Positions 19,697-30,473 of a stretch of 64,000 nt of DNA are shown here, piece by piece. The DNA comes from Nitrosopumilus sp. (lineage in GTDB: Archaea; Thermoproteota; Nitrososphaeria; Nitrososphaerales; Nitrosopumilaceae): the NCBI GenBank assembly GCA_965238275.1, contig OZ250186.1:736001-800000 (forward strand). Direction: 5' to 3'. Positions within the stretch are counted from its first letter, which is position 1. Each line of letters begins with the position of its first letter. The translations under genes were made by a program, and so were the position numbers. The notes beneath the pieces were generated by a model. The model had not been told where the DNA came from. It did not search any database and was given only the letters and a program-made list of their open reading frames with translations.

Positions 19697-22516
19697 TCAT
19701 GCGGGTTCATCTGCTGCTGACTGGACAGCCTCGGACTCTTGCTCGATCATGCCATTGATCCTTCTCTTGTCGTGAACGGCCTTTACGTAGAACAGGGCAG
19801 ACGCAATGATTCCTGCTGCTATTAGTGGCGAGGCGATCTCAGAGTATGCCAGGCCAGAACCATCTGATGATACCGCCGCCTGCTCTGCTGCCACCACCAC
19901 CACCGGAACCTCCGTGATCTTCACGGTTCCAAGCTTGTTTGATTCCTGCTCTGCAAACCAGATGTTGGAGTCGCCGTCTGCTGTCATAAACTGGACCCAT
20001 GATGTCTCGGTGGGAATAGGAACCTCCACAAGATCGTTGTTGTCCGGATCAAACACTGCTATCTTGTCGACTGTGTGCAGCGCAAACCAGATGTTGCCGT
20101 ATCTGTCCTGGGCCATTCCAAAGGGGAGCGACTCCGGGTCTGGAACCGGAATGCTCTCAAAGGTCTCCAGGACAGGGTTGAACCTGGTGATTGCAAGACC
20201 CGTATGCTCCGTGATCCACATGCCTCCCTCTCCGTCAAAGAGCATGGCCTCCGGACCATTCAGAATCCTGTCAGTTGATATCTCTACCGGCCTGCCTGTT
20301 GCAGGATCCACATATCCTATCTTGCCGGTGCCGGTGGTGCTGTACCACACCCTGCCTGACTGGTCCACTGCAAGCGCAAACGGCAGCGTCTCCCTTCCAT
20401 CCAGCACAATCTCCTCAAACACGCCGGACTCTGGCAGATACTTTACGATCCTGTCCTTGTTGATTACGGTTACCCAGATGTTGTTGTCATGGTCTGACTG
20501 GATGGAGAATAGCACGTTTCTTGATATTGTGGGATCCAGACGCGGAACCGGTATTGTCGTGATGTTTCCGGTGCTGATATCGACGTACCCTATCTGGTTT
20601 CCAGGACCGTCTGTAAACCAGACCCTTCCCATGTTGTCCAGCGTGATGAATATTGTGGCACCCCCGTCATACGAATGCGACGAGAACTCCCGCGTCTCCA
20701 GGGAAAACTGCCACAGCCGGGGGGCAGACGGATCGCTTATCCATATGGAACCCCGGCCGTCATAGACTGGCTGCAGGGGAGTTGCCTCCTCGGGAAGATC
20801 GTACTCTACTATCTCGACTCGGATGTCTGAGAGCCTGGGCTTTACAGACAGGTCCAGTATGACTGACTCGCTTGCGTTCTCCGTTCTCTGGGCGGTAACC
20901 TCCATAAGCCACTCCCCGGAGAACCCCAGGGTCATCTCTCCCTGAAACCCGGCATCTCCGGCCTGCTCCATCGGAACCTCAATGGGGAAGATGTTCTTCG
21001 ACGGGTTTGATATCTTTACCTTGATGCCGTCCAGATCGTCCAGCGGGTTCCCGTCCAGACCAACTATCCTGACTGAGACCGTGTTTGTCCCGCTGGCGAA
21101 TGGAAACATCTCAACTTCAAACCTTGCATTCTCCGTAAACTCTATGGTCTCATACCCGTAAATCGTCTGGCGTGCCTCCGTCCTCTGGATCTCCCCTGCA
21201 GGCAGCGTCCCGTTGGTCAGCAGTGCCACTACCCCCAGAATGGCAAATCCCAACACAACGTCTACCTTGAGCATCCTCTTGATCTTCCTGTGTACTGCTG
21301 CTCCCCCCGACCGGATACTCCTCTCGGCCCCCCTCTGCACCCCAAACTGCATGTACCCTCCCATGCCTACCATGATTCCGGCAAGCACTATCTTTAGGAT
21401 GATCAGCTGCCCAAAGACGGATTCTGTGATCAGTCCCACGTCGCTTTCGATGAGCCACATCAGAACCGGCCCGGTGACGATCACCACGCCGACTGAGACG
21501 ACAAACATCATTGAGAACCTTGGAATCATGGCCAGGCTCATGTGCCCCCGCTCCCTGTCTGCAAGTACGGATAATGCCGGAAGCAGGGTAAAGACGAGAT
21601 AGAATATGCCTCCTATCCAGACTGCTGCGACCAGGTTGTGCACATAGTCCAGCGAAAGGCCGGCAATGCCGCCCAGGGACGAGCCGTGGCCTATCATGCT
21701 GGTCGTCGCAATCAGCGCCAGGGATGCTGCAAGAATTGGAATGTGCGCCCTTCCTGACAGTGTGGTCCTCCTGTTCATCACAAACCATATGCCCAGAAGG
21801 ATCACAGTCATGATCATTCTGGCAAGCCAGATGGTTCCGAAACTTGTCCCAATGACACTCAGCGGCGAGGCATCGAGCCTGACTGACTGGACCATGATGA
21901 TTAGAATGTCTGATATCAGCACAAGTACAAGCCCCACCCCGGTGGTCAGCATGAACCTTCCGTGGTGAATCCCCTCCACTGCGCCCAGCCTGTCCCTGAT
22001 TATTCTCTTGTTCTGCGTTCCCCATACCATGAGGGATGCTACTGCTGCGCCCAGCACGATGGTCTGGCCTATGAGGCCTGGAAACTTGGCAGCAGCCCCT
22101 GGCACAAACACAATCTCTTCTGGTCCCTGCTGCTCACGCAGCGAGGGGTCTACTATGGCACCACCCACGGCAAACAGGAACGTGCCTGGCACCAGATGCC
22201 CGTCAATCTTGGAGAGCACCTTGGTTGATGCAGTATAAATCCCGTCCTGAAGCGGCGGGGTGGTTACAACGAGCGACTCGTCGCCCTCGTAATATTCCGT
22301 ATCCCTGTTGTCTATCTGCTCCCCGTTGCCGTCAAAGACCTTTATCTCGCTAAAGTCAATATCCACTGCCTGCGAGAAGAAGACAATCACCTCCGTGGTG
22401 CCTACAGGCGCATTGGAGGACAGGTCCGGAACCGTCTGCTCTGTGAATGGGTGTCCCCATGCCATGGGAACCGACACTGAGAGGAGTACCAGCATGACAA
22501 TCAGAGGCCGTTGCAT
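19697..22516 (-). CDS. CopC-CopD copper protein fused to an Ig-like domain and a Vgb-like beta-propeller
   Basis: WG|HP...DGH (CopC), multi-TM GH/VHNL..WIGG (CopD), IWF/WFT propeller repeats, C-terminal TM. Confidence 0.85.
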   Translation of the reverse strand: MQRPLIVMLVLLSVSVPMAWGHPFTEQTVPDLSSNAPVGTTEVIVFFSQAVDIDFSEIKVFDGNGEQIDNRDTEYYEGDESLVVTTPPLQDGIYTASTKVLSKIDGHLVPGTFLFAVGGAIVDPSLREQQGPEEIVFVPGAAAKFPGLIGQTIVLGAAVASLMVWGTQNKRIIRDRLGAVEGIHHGRFMLTTGVGLVLVLISDILIIMVQSVRLDASPLSVIGTSFGTIWLARMIMTVILLGIWFVMNRRTTLSGRAHIPILAASLALIATTSMIGHGSSLGGIAGLSLDYVHNLVAAVWIGGIFYLVFTLLPALSVLADRERGHMSLAMIPRFSMMFVVSVGVVIVTGPVLMWLIESDVGLITESVFGQLIILKIVLAGIMVGMGGYMQFGVQRGAERSIRSGGAAVHRKIKRMLKVDVVLGFAILGVVALLTNGTLPAGEIQRTEARQTIYGYETIEFTENARFEVEMFPFASGTNTVSVRIVGLDGNPLDDLDGIKVKISNPSKNIFPIEVPMEQAGDAGFQGEMTLGFSGEWLMEVTAQRTENASESVILDLSVKPRLSDIRVEIVEYDLPEEATPLQPVYDGRGSIWISDPSAPRLWQFSLETREFSSHSYDGGATIFITLDNMGRVWFTDGPGNQIGYVDISTGNITTIPVPRLDPTISRNVLFSIQSDHDNNIWVTVINKDRIVKYLPESGVFEEIVLDGRETLPFALAVDQSGRVWYSTTGTGKIGYVDPATGRPVEISTDRILNGPEAMLFDGEGGMWITEHTGLAITRFNPVLETFESIPVPDPESLPFGMAQDRYGNIWFALHTVDKIAVFDPDNNDLVEVPIPTETSWVQFMTADGDSNIWFAEQESNKLGTVKITEVPVVVVAAEQAAVSSDGSGLAYSEIASPLIAAGIIASALFYVKAVHDKRRINGMIEQESEAVQSAADEPA

Positions 22517-22607
22517 TTGTTTTGTAGACTGTGACTGATAATTTAAACAGTCTTCTGGTTCTGGAAATGTACCAGTCCGCATAAGAATAATAATATCGAT
22601 CAATCAG

Positions 22608-23246
22608 ATGATGAACGTGAGGATACTTGTTCTGGGAATTGCCGCAATGTTCCTGATTGGGATGATGGGCACCGAGTCATATGCCCATACCACAGTCCAT
22701 GTTGGAGAGTACGAGATTGAGGCTGGATGGGGCATAGAGCCTCCCATTGTGGGAATCCGAAATGATATAGTCATAAAGGTGCTGGAACCGGGAGGAACCC
22801 CGGGCACGGTAAAGGGCGTCACCAATGTGTTTCGTGATGCCGGGGCGGCAGTAGGGTTTGGCGGTGCATCCAAACCGCTTGACATCAGCTCTGACCCGCG
22901 ACCAGGATACTACTTTTCACCCATAATCCCAACCAAGACCGGTTCGTATTCCGTGTCGATCCAGGGTAAGATTAACGGAACCCCGATCGATGTCAAGATT
23001 CCAGTCGAGGATGTCGAGCCTACCGCAATTCTGGATTTTCCTCCAACCAGTGGTGGTGGTGGGGACTCTGTGGATGTCAGTGCCATGAAGAATGCAATCT
23101 TGTCAATACAGCAGGACATCTCTGATCTGAAATCCGGCCAGACTGAATCCGATGGCGGGGCGGCATACGACTATGCAGTGTTTGGAATGTCGATTGCAGT
23201 GGCAGCCATAGTGTTGGCAATTGTTGCCATGATAAAAAGAAGATAA
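22608..23246 (+). CDS. Secreted, C-terminally anchored protein with predicted N-terminal His
   Basis: SYA|HTTV; short coiled coil; TM + KRR; divergent from copC/D. Confidence 0.75.
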   Translation: MMNVRILVLGIAAMFLIGMMGTESYAHTTVHVGEYEIEAGWGIEPPIVGIRNDIVIKVLEPGGTPGTVKGVTNVFRDAGAAVGFGGASKPLDISSDPRPGYYFSPIIPTKTGSYSVSIQGKINGTPIDVKIPVEDVEPTAILDFPPTSGGGGDSVDVSAMKNAILSIQQDISDLKSGQTESDGGAAYDYAVFGMSIAVAAIVLAIVAMIKRR

Positions 23247-23540
23247 GATAATTCCAAGTATTGGAATTGTTCCGAATTTTGCAATTGATGATGGCGATGC
23301 CTGTAATTATGACCGCTACATCATGAATAGCCCTTGCCATGATAATAAGATAATTTGGCTTCCATTGAAAGCAGATTTTGTTAATTAAATCTGTTTCAAA
23401 AATCCGGCCTGTTACGATGCCCCAAGTGCTGGAATCATCTTGGAGTTACTGTGATGATGCCTGCGATGATGCCTGCGATCATGACATCTATACCCTTGGC
23501 AGTCCTTGCCATAATAAAAAGAAAATAAGAAAGAGAATTC

Positions 23541-24890
23541 CTAAAGTCTTGGAACCACTCTAGATTTTGCAGTTATTGCGACGATGCTTATGATCGCGAC
23601 AGCCAGTACCATCATTGCGACGGTGCCAAATTCTGGAACAACGTTCATGAAAGTTACCCCTTCACCTACAGGCCCTGTGAACTCCTCAGCGTCTGGGAGA
23701 CCGAAACCTTGGAAGGTAACAGTAATCTCTACCGGATCTGCAGAGGCCAGTGCTGCTGTGGTGTGAGTGTATTTGCCGTCATGTGAGTGTGCGCCCAAGT
23801 CATCTAGTACGTTCACGCCGTTCTGCGTTACTACTATGTCGTAGTTGACATGTTCCACGCCTCCGCTCTCATCCATCTTGTCCTTGCCGTCCATCATTTC
23901 GTCCTTGTCTTCCATCATGGCGTCTTCCATCATTTCGTCCTTGTCTTCCATCATGGCGTCTTCCATCATTTCGTCCTTGTCTTCCATCATGGCGTCTTCC
24001 ATCATTTCGTCCTTGTCTTCCATCATGGCGTCTTCCATCATTTCGTCCTTGTCTTCCATCATGGCGTCTTCCATCATTTCGTCCTTGTCTTCCATACTAC
24101 CGTAGTTGGCAAACTTGATGAAGATCTCCATCATCTCACCTGCGGCTGGTGCATCGGCCCAGATTTTGACCATTGTGCCGTCTGATAACATGCCGGTGAC
24201 ACTTGGGTCGCCTTCCATCATCATGTGTTTGTCGCCTTCTTCCGTCATGGCATCTTCTTCCGTCATGGCATCTTCTTCCGTCATGGCATCTTCTTCCGTC
24301 ATGGCATCTTCTTCCGTCATGGCATCTTCTTCCGTCATGGCATCTTCTTCCGTCATGGCATCTTCTTCCGTCATGGCATCTTCTTCCGTCATGGCATCTT
24401 CTTCCGTCATGGCATCTTCTTCCGTCATGGCATCTTCTTCCGTCATGGCATCTTCTTCCGTCATGGCATCCTCGTCATCCATCGTAGCACCTGCTTCCTG
24501 TACAATGATTGTACCCATCATCCAGAGATGTGCTTGGCAATACCACGCTACTTCGCCTACCTCGGTCGGTGTCCATTCGTAAGTGTCTCCGGGCAGCAAG
24601 AAACTGGTGTCAAATTCACCGGTTGGTCCATCAGCTAAGCTTAGCCCTGCTGTGTTGGTGTGTAAAGTAGTGTCAGTGTTAGTAAAGATAACCTTGCCAC
24701 CTACATCCACAATTGCTACTGTAGGGATACTACAGCCTTCAGGAGTTTCTTCGCAACCTGGAAAGCCAGCGCCTTCCACCGGAGCGATTGTGAGCTCAAT
24801 GTGATCTGCAAAGGCAATCGATGGTGTTGCAACCATTCCGACCACAAGGGCAGAAAGCACGAAGAGAGAACTTATCGTTATAGTCTTCAT
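23541..24890 (-). CDS. Cupredoxin/plastocyanin-domain PEFG-CTERM protein with Met/acidic repeats (copy 1)
   Basis: LHT...YCQAHLWM type-1 Cu ligands; HSHDG; VVPEFG-TM. Confidence 0.88.
   Translation of the reverse strand: MKTITISSLFVLSALVVGMVATPSIAFADHIELTIAPVEGAGFPGCEETPEGCSIPTVAIVDVGGKVIFTNTDTTLHTNTAGLSLADGPTGEFDTSFLLPGDTYEWTPTEVGEVAWYCQAHLWMMGTIIVQEAGATMDDEDAMTEEDAMTEEDAMTEEDAMTEEDAMTEEDAMTEEDAMTEEDAMTEEDAMTEEDAMTEEDAMTEEDAMTEEDAMTEEGDKHMMMEGDPSVTGMLSDGTMVKIWADAPAAGEMMEIFIKFANYGSMEDKDEMMEDAMMEDKDEMMEDAMMEDKDEMMEDAMMEDKDEMMEDAMMEDKDEMMEDAMMEDKDEMMDGKDKMDESGGVEHVNYDIVVTQNGVNVLDDLGAHSHDGKYTHTTAALASADPVEITVTFQGFGLPDAEEFTGPVGEGVTFMNVVPEFGTVAMMVLAVAIISIVAITAKSRVVPRL
23890..24094. repeat. 36-bp coding tandem repeat (EDKDEMMEDAMM), about 5.5 copies
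   Basis: Perfect repeats of tccatcatttcgtccttgtcttccatcatggcgtct. Confidence 0.95.
24238..24471. repeat. 18-bp coding tandem repeat (EEDAMT) x13
   Basis: Perfect repeats of tcttccgtcatggcatct. Confidence 0.95.
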
Positions 24891-24989
24891 TAGAGTGGTT
24901 AAACAAGGCGGTACATAAAAACCTGACTAGAATTTCAGTAACACAAATGTGCCGCCGTTTAGATTCGATATATCGTATGTCCTGTTATG

Positions 24990-26157
24990 GAGGTTGGTGC
25001 ATAATTCTGATGTGTCCTAACATGCATATTTCTCGCCACGCTTTCACGGGCGGGGTCGGATGCAAACGGGTCGGATTATCAGGCGCACTCCGTGCAAGCC
25101 GAGCCGCCGTAGGACGGTATCGGTATATTTAGCCGGCAGGCACACTCAAACCGGTTGAGGACCCGGATGTTCCATGAGATTGCCCTTCCCTTGGCAAACC
25201 GGCGCCGATTGTCTTCGCGCACGAACCTGCAGTGAAGCTGGTGCCGCCGGCTCTCCTCGGCCCCGAAGATGCCTTCTATCAGGGCTCTTGTCTTGTACTC
25301 GTATGGGTCAAACAGTCCGGCCGCCTTCTTTCGGCTGGGCTTGCCCCTGCTGACGGCGTCTTTTCTCTGCTTGATGTTGGGCACCATGCCCATCCAGAAC
25401 AGCTCCTCGAAGTTGTAGTCGGCGTCATACCCGCGGTCCGCATCAAAGACGCTCCCCGAAAAGTCATACCCGCGGCGCCTGATCTCGGCCAGCATGACTG
25501 GCAGCATCGTGACGTCGTTGACGTTACCCGGCGTGGTAAACGTGGCCAGCACAATCTGTAGTCCCAGGATGGCCGTTATGTGGTATTTCCAGTAGGTTTT
25601 TTGACGCATCTCGACGAAGTCACGCTCCTTTTTGTAGGGTTTTTCGATGTTTTCGTACCTGGTAGTCTCCACCCCACTGCTGTCTGCGCCCAGCGGGCCA
25701 GTCGCGCCGGCCGCCTCGGCGATGCAGCGGCGGGCAGTCTCGGCCAGTATCAGGTCCATCCAGTCCGGCGGAATGGTCTGGAGGTGCCTGACCATCGTGG
25801 TGTGGTCCGGAACCGGCTCGTCGTCCCAGGGAGTCCGCATGTCGCGCAGGTCTGATTCGATCCTGCGGAAGGTGTTGTTGTAGGCCATCATCAGCAGGCA
25901 GGCAAAATCCATCTTGTCCTTGGAGTGGATCCTGGGACGGCCCCTGTTGCCGTTTTCGGGGCGCGGGCAGGGGTTCTCTCGAATCATTTCAATCAGCGTC
26001 CTCCTCAGGTGGGATGCCTCGACTTCGTTTGCAAGTTCGTAGTACTGCCAGTATCTTTCCCGTCGGTTGTGTTTGATCATTACCGCGTGCGGGCGATCAT
26101 GGGATCATTGAATGTATCGGACGAGATTAGCAGCCAAAGGATTTACGCACCAACCTC
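24990..26157 (-). mobile_element. Intact IS5-like insertion sequence
   Basis: TIR GAGGTTGGTGC(A/G)TAA at both ends; direct repeat CCTGTTATG at 24981-24989 and 26158-26166 (7-bp TSD if the TIR begins GG). Confidence 0.9.
25079..26080 (-). CDS. DDE transposase (IS5-like)
   Basis: PDHTT, ADSSG, DADRGYD, RALIEGIFG motifs. Confidence 0.88.
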   Translation of the reverse strand: MIKHNRRERYWQYYELANEVEASHLRRTLIEMIRENPCPRPENGNRGRPRIHSKDKMDFACLLMMAYNNTFRRIESDLRDMRTPWDDEPVPDHTTMVRHLQTIPPDWMDLILAETARRCIAEAAGATGPLGADSSGVETTRYENIEKPYKKERDFVEMRQKTYWKYHITAILGLQIVLATFTTPGNVNDVTMLPVMLAEIRRRGYDFSGSVFDADRGYDADYNFEELFWMGMVPNIKQRKDAVSRGKPSRKKAAGLFDPYEYKTRALIEGIFGAEESRRHQLHCRFVREDNRRRFAKGRAISWNIRVLNRFECACRLNIPIPSYGGSACTECA

Positions 26158-26275
26158 CCTGTTATGTCCAGTGAGAATGAGACAATTGACCTGATGACCT
26201 CATGATGCTTGTAATCATTGCAGCTGACCGTTGGCAGTCCTTGCCGTAATAAAAAGAAAATAAGAAAGAGAATTC

Positions 26276-27519
26276 CTAAAGTCTTGGAACCACTCTAGAT
26301 TTTGCAGTCACTGCTACGATGCTTACGATTGCGACAGCCAGTACCATCATTGCGATGGTGCCAAATTCTGGAACAACGTTCATGAAAGTTACCCCTTCAC
26401 CTACAGGTCCTGTGAACTCCTCAGCGCCTGGGAGACCGAAACCATTGAAGGTAACAGTAATCTCTACCGGATCTGCAGAGGCCAGTGCTGCTGTGGTGTG
26501 AGTGTATTTGCCGTCATGTGAGTGTGCGCCCATGTCTTCCAGTACGTTCACGCCGTTCTGCGTTACTACTATGTCGTAGTTGACATGTTCCACGCCTCCG
26601 CTCATCATCTTGTCGCCGTCCATCATTTCGTCCTTGTCTTCCATCATGGCGTCTTCCATCATTTCGTCCTTGTCTTCCATCATGGCGTCTTCCATCATTT
26701 CGTCCTTGTCTTCCATCATGGCGTCTTCCATCATTTCGTCCTTGTCTTCCATCATGGCGTCTTCCATCATTTCGTCCTTGTCTTCCATCATGGCGTCTTC
26801 CATCATTTCGTCCTTGTCTTCCATCATGGCGTCTTCCATCATTTCGTCCTTGTCTTCCATCATGGCGTCTTCCATCATTTCGTCCTTGTCTTCCATCATG
26901 GCGTCTTCCATCATTTCGTCCTTGTCTTCCATACTACCGTAGTTGGCAAACTTGATGAAGATCTCCATCATCTCGCCTTCGGTTGGTGCATCGGCCCAGA
27001 TTTTGACCATTGTGCCGTCTGATAACATGCCGGTAACACTTGGGTCGCCTTTCATCATCATTTTGTCGTCTGTGTGATCTTTGTCGCCTATCTCGCCGTC
27101 TATACTGGTACTTGCATCCTGTACAATGATTGTACCTGCTTCCCAAGGATGTATACTACAAAAGTAGGGAACTTCGCCTGCTTCTGTTGGTGTCCATTCA
27201 AATGATGGTGACTCTGGATTTTCTAACAAACCGCTTAGAAATTCGTCAGTTGCAGCCGCTGAGGTTCCAGACATAAAAGAATGTTTTCTATCATCATCAG
27301 TGATGAGAATATTACCTTGCCGCCAACATCAACTGTTGCGGTCAGTGGGGTAAAGCATCCTTCTGAAGTTTTTTCACATCTTGGTTCGCCTTCATCCTGT
27401 TCTGGGACAGGTGTGATTGTAACTTCTGCGTGATCTGCAAAAGCAATCGGTGGTGTTGCAACCATTCCGACCACAAGGGCAGAAAGCACGAAGAGAGAAC
27501 AAATCGCTTTAGTCTTCAT
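26276..27519 (-). pseudogene. Cupredoxin PEFG-CTERM paralogue (copy 2), frameshifted near 27303
   Basis: 27235..27519 matches the N-terminus of copy 1 to GGKVIFS; continuation TDDDRKHSFMSG is in another frame; C-terminal half nearly identical to copy 1. Confidence 0.8.
26619..26932. repeat. Same 36-bp Met-rich repeat, about 8.5 copies
   Basis: Unit identical to 23890..24094. Confidence 0.95.
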
Positions 27520-27527
27520 TAGGATTC

Positions 27528-28532
27528 TTAAATTGAGTGAGACATAAAAACCTGACTAGAATTTTTTGACCTTTTTTGCCTGTTTCTATATAATATCATG
27601 GTTCCAAATATGGGAGATCCGACATACATTCCAAGATTCAGCAGTACCATGGAGACTCCATAACCTAACATCTCTCCCTCCGAGTCGATATCTGCATGAT
27701 TCAGCAGGGATAGGGATGCCAGCATCGGAGTCAGTGCTATCCTTACCATCTCCCTGAATACAGGGTGCTCTCTTTCCAGATCAGCTATTGCAGGAGAGAA
27801 CGAATAGTACACCTGGTTGAATCCTGCCATGAATGCAGCGCCCGACTTTGTTGACAGCACCGTATTATCCCTAATCTCCCTTAACTGCTGTACCTGTGGC
27901 GCAAGCTCCGAGCCGTATGCGGCAGTCGCAATCAGACAGCCCCCGTTCGGTGGTGGAGGATCTGGATCTGTGGTGTTAGACTGCGTGGTGTTAGACTGCG
28001 TGGTGTTAGACTGCGTGGTGTTAGACTGCGTGGTGTTAGACTGCGTGGTGTTAGACTGCGTGGTGTTAGACTGCGTGGTGTTAGACTGCGTGGTGTTAGA
28101 CTGCGTGGTGTTAGACTGCGTGGTGTCTGGCACACTGCCTGCAACAATCACAAAAGATGCCGTCTCTGCTGGAATAGGCTGGAACAGTATCCCTTCCACT
28201 TGGATATCCATGATGTATTCCCCCTCACCCTGATTAAACTCGATTGGAATCTTTACCGAACCCTTAGACGTATGGATCAACGGAGTCGGACCAAATACCT
28301 TTTCGATACCCTTTGAGACTGTAACGTTATAATCGATATGCACCTGAATTTTCTGCGTCACTGGATTGATAAAGTCGATACCTATCCTCGTCTGATCCCC
28401 TGGTTCTATTGCATCGTATGTCAGCTTGACATCCAGCGTGCCGTCCTCCGTAGGAAGGGTCTGGGTCTCTGCAAATGCAGGTACAACCAGCACCGGAATC
28501 ATCAACAGCAAGGCAGACATCCAAAGTCTCAT
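27528..28532 (-). CDS. Secreted CFI-box-CTERM protein
   Basis: [26 protein letters not shown]...YYSFSP; signal peptide; HIDY motif. Confidence 0.88.
   Translation of the reverse strand: MRLWMSALLLMIPVLVVPAFAETQTLPTEDGTLDVKLTYDAIEPGDQTRIGIDFINPVTQKIQVHIDYNVTVSKGIEKVFGPTPLIHTSKGSVKIPIEFNQGEGEYIMDIQVEGILFQPIPAETASFVIVAGSVPDTTQSNTTQSNTTQSNTTQSNTTQSNTTQSNTTQSNTTQSNTTQSNTTQSNTTDPDPPPPNGGCLIATAAYGSELAPQVQQLREIRDNTVLSTKSGAAFMAGFNQVYYSFSPAIADLEREHPVFREMVRIALTPMLASLSLLNHADIDSEGEMLGYGVSMVLLNLGMYVGSPIFGTMILYRNRQKRSKNSSQVFMSHSI
27970..28126. repeat. 15-bp coding repeat (TTQSN) x10
   Basis: Perfect repeats of gtggtgttagactgc. Confidence 0.95.
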
Positions 28533-28698
28533 GGCACATGTTGTCATCCAGCAAATAAAAATCGTACTTTGCAGAAATTATGATTTGCCGGCGTTCCAAA
28601 TACATAATGTCACCATGATGTCATTCCAAGCATCACCAATCTGCCTGAAATCAACTATGGCGTTGTTCAGCTTTAAATATGGTTTTTACATAATTCTT

Positions 28699-30378
28699 TT
28701 GTTGTATTATCTGTCTGGACTGTTTGCTGTGGTGGTTGGCGTACTTGCAATTTCTGTTGCCCTTCCCGTTGCCTTTGGACACGGACTGGGAGGTGATCAG
28801 GCCGAACCCATCAGCTTTGAGGGCATGGAAGTCACGGTACGCACTGATATCACCCCGGCAGACCTCACGATCGGGAGCATAGACGATGTCAACCTGAAGA
28901 TCAGATTCTTTGATCTTTTGACAGACAATACGCTGGATCAGGTGACATACAGGGTGGAGGTCTGGAAGACTGAGGATCTGCTTGCAAGAAGCCTCTTTTA
29001 TGATACTGACGGTATACTCTATGTGAAGGTTCGTCCAGACAGTGATTGTGACGAGGCAGACCTCGACAAATGTACCGTTTACGGCGGTTCCCTGCATGTG
29101 AGTTCCCCGGGAGCGCTTTTTGTGCAAGGGACCGAATGCAATGATGAGAATGTCGATATATGTGCCAGACCAACTATTACGGGACCTGTATTTGACAAAG
29201 GCGGTCTGTACAACATCAAGATAGACATCGAGGGCGCAACCAGTCCGAAGGTGCAGGTTGCGCAGCGGCTCAGCTACGATACATTTGTCAGCATCGCACA
29301 GGAACAGGACTTTTTAATCAGTACGGCGCATGCAGAGGAAATTCCCGTGGTTGTCAAGACATACTATGACGACGTGAAAAACTTTGCATTTGATACCTCT
29401 GATAATTCCATCACGTTTGACATGCCTTTTGACTGGAGTCCAGATTATGTGAATCTGGTTCCTGTGGTACACGAGGAGATTCAGATTCCATCAAGTTTTG
29501 CACCCTATGCCGAAGGAACGCAGTTCACGGGGTATGTCAACGGGATTGAGCTTGGCCAGAGGGCGCTTCTCAACGATCCATACTCCATGGACGACACAAA
29601 CATCATTCATTTCCTGGTATCCCAGAGCGAACTGGAAAGGATCAATGCCGCCTTGGGTCCAGAACACCATGCCAACAAGAACATGAACTTCCACTTGGTC
29701 CCAATCTATGACGTATCGAAAAGCTTCACCGAATTCTTCCTTGTGGATCTGGTAAACTATGAACCAACTCAGACCAACATCCGCCTCTCATGGGATGACA
29801 CATACGGTGCAGGCCAGACAATTCCGTTCGAGTTTGCATTCCTTGATTCTGACAAACAAATAATCCCTGATGTCTGGTATGAATACTCTGTAATTGACGA
29901 ATCTGGCCAAGTATTGTTCTCATCCATTGCCGTCGATCCTAACAATCCCCTCATTTCCGCCCCCGAGGGAATCGATGTCCAAAACATTCATGTCCCAACC
30001 GAGGAGCTTCTCAGGATCGACGTTCACATAGCCGGAACAGGACTAGACCGTGATACCACATACTCTGGCATAGGTTCTGCGCTTGTAGAGATAGGTCCCG
30101 GTCAGCCTACGTCAATCCCAGAATGGATAAAGAACACCGCGGCATTTTGGGCAGATGGCACGATTGATGATGCCGCCTTCATAGGGGCAATCCAGTTTCT
30201 GATTCAACAGGGCATCATAGATCTTCCCCCAACCGAATCCGGTGACGGCTCCGGCTCAGACAAGATTCCAGAGTGGATAAAGAACACCGCGGCATTTTGG
30301 GCAGATGGCACGATTGATGACACCGCCTTCATAGGGGCAATCCAGTTTCTGGTTCAACAGGGCATCATAGCGGTTTAA
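28699..30378 (+). CDS. Secreted protein with duplicated [13 protein letters not shown]-terminal module (start approximate)
   Basis: Signal AFG|HGLGG; KTYYD..MPFDW..VVHEE core; two near-identical tails 150 bp apart. Confidence 0.8.
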   Translation: MLYYLSGLFAVVVGVLAISVALPVAFGHGLGGDQAEPISFEGMEVTVRTDITPADLTIGSIDDVNLKIRFFDLLTDNTLDQVTYRVEVWKTEDLLARSLFYDTDGILYVKVRPDSDCDEADLDKCTVYGGSLHVSSPGALFVQGTECNDENVDICARPTITGPVFDKGGLYNIKIDIEGATSPKVQVAQRLSYDTFVSIAQEQDFLISTAHAEEIPVVVKTYYDDVKNFAFDTSDNSITFDMPFDWSPDYVNLVPVVHEEIQIPSSFAPYAEGTQFTGYVNGIELGQRALLNDPYSMDDTNIIHFLVSQSELERINAALGPEHHANKNMNFHLVPIYDVSKSFTEFFLVDLVNYEPTQTNIRLSWDDTYGAGQTIPFEFAFLDSDKQIIPDVWYEYSVIDESGQVLFSSIAVDPNNPLISAPEGIDVQNIHVPTEELLRIDVHIAGTGLDRDTTYSGIGSALVEIGPGQPTSIPEWIKNTAAFWADGTIDDAAFIGAIQFLIQQGIIDLPPTESGDGSGSDKIPEWIKNTAAFWADGTIDDTAFIGAIQFLVQQGIIAV

Positions 30379-30473
30379 TCCATTTTCATGCGCCCTGCAC
30401 TGTCATTCAAACAGCCTGCAGATGACCCGGCTGCATGTCATAGGTTTTTAAGGAAATTCTACAAACCCCAGAT

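Noticed and set aside
23250-23345. Possible decayed third PEFG-type tail (VAVIITGIAII...KFGTIPIL) on the minus strand
   Set aside because: Too short and degenerate to support.
23850-27022. His-rich plus-strand ORFs (HHFVLVFHHGVF, RHGIFF)
   Set aside because: Shadow frames of the Met-rich repeats on the coding minus strand.
23890-28126. Regular repeats as a possible CRISPR array, given the Cas4-like gene
   Set aside because: Head-to-tail units with lengths in multiples of 3, no unique spacers, all inside coding sequences.
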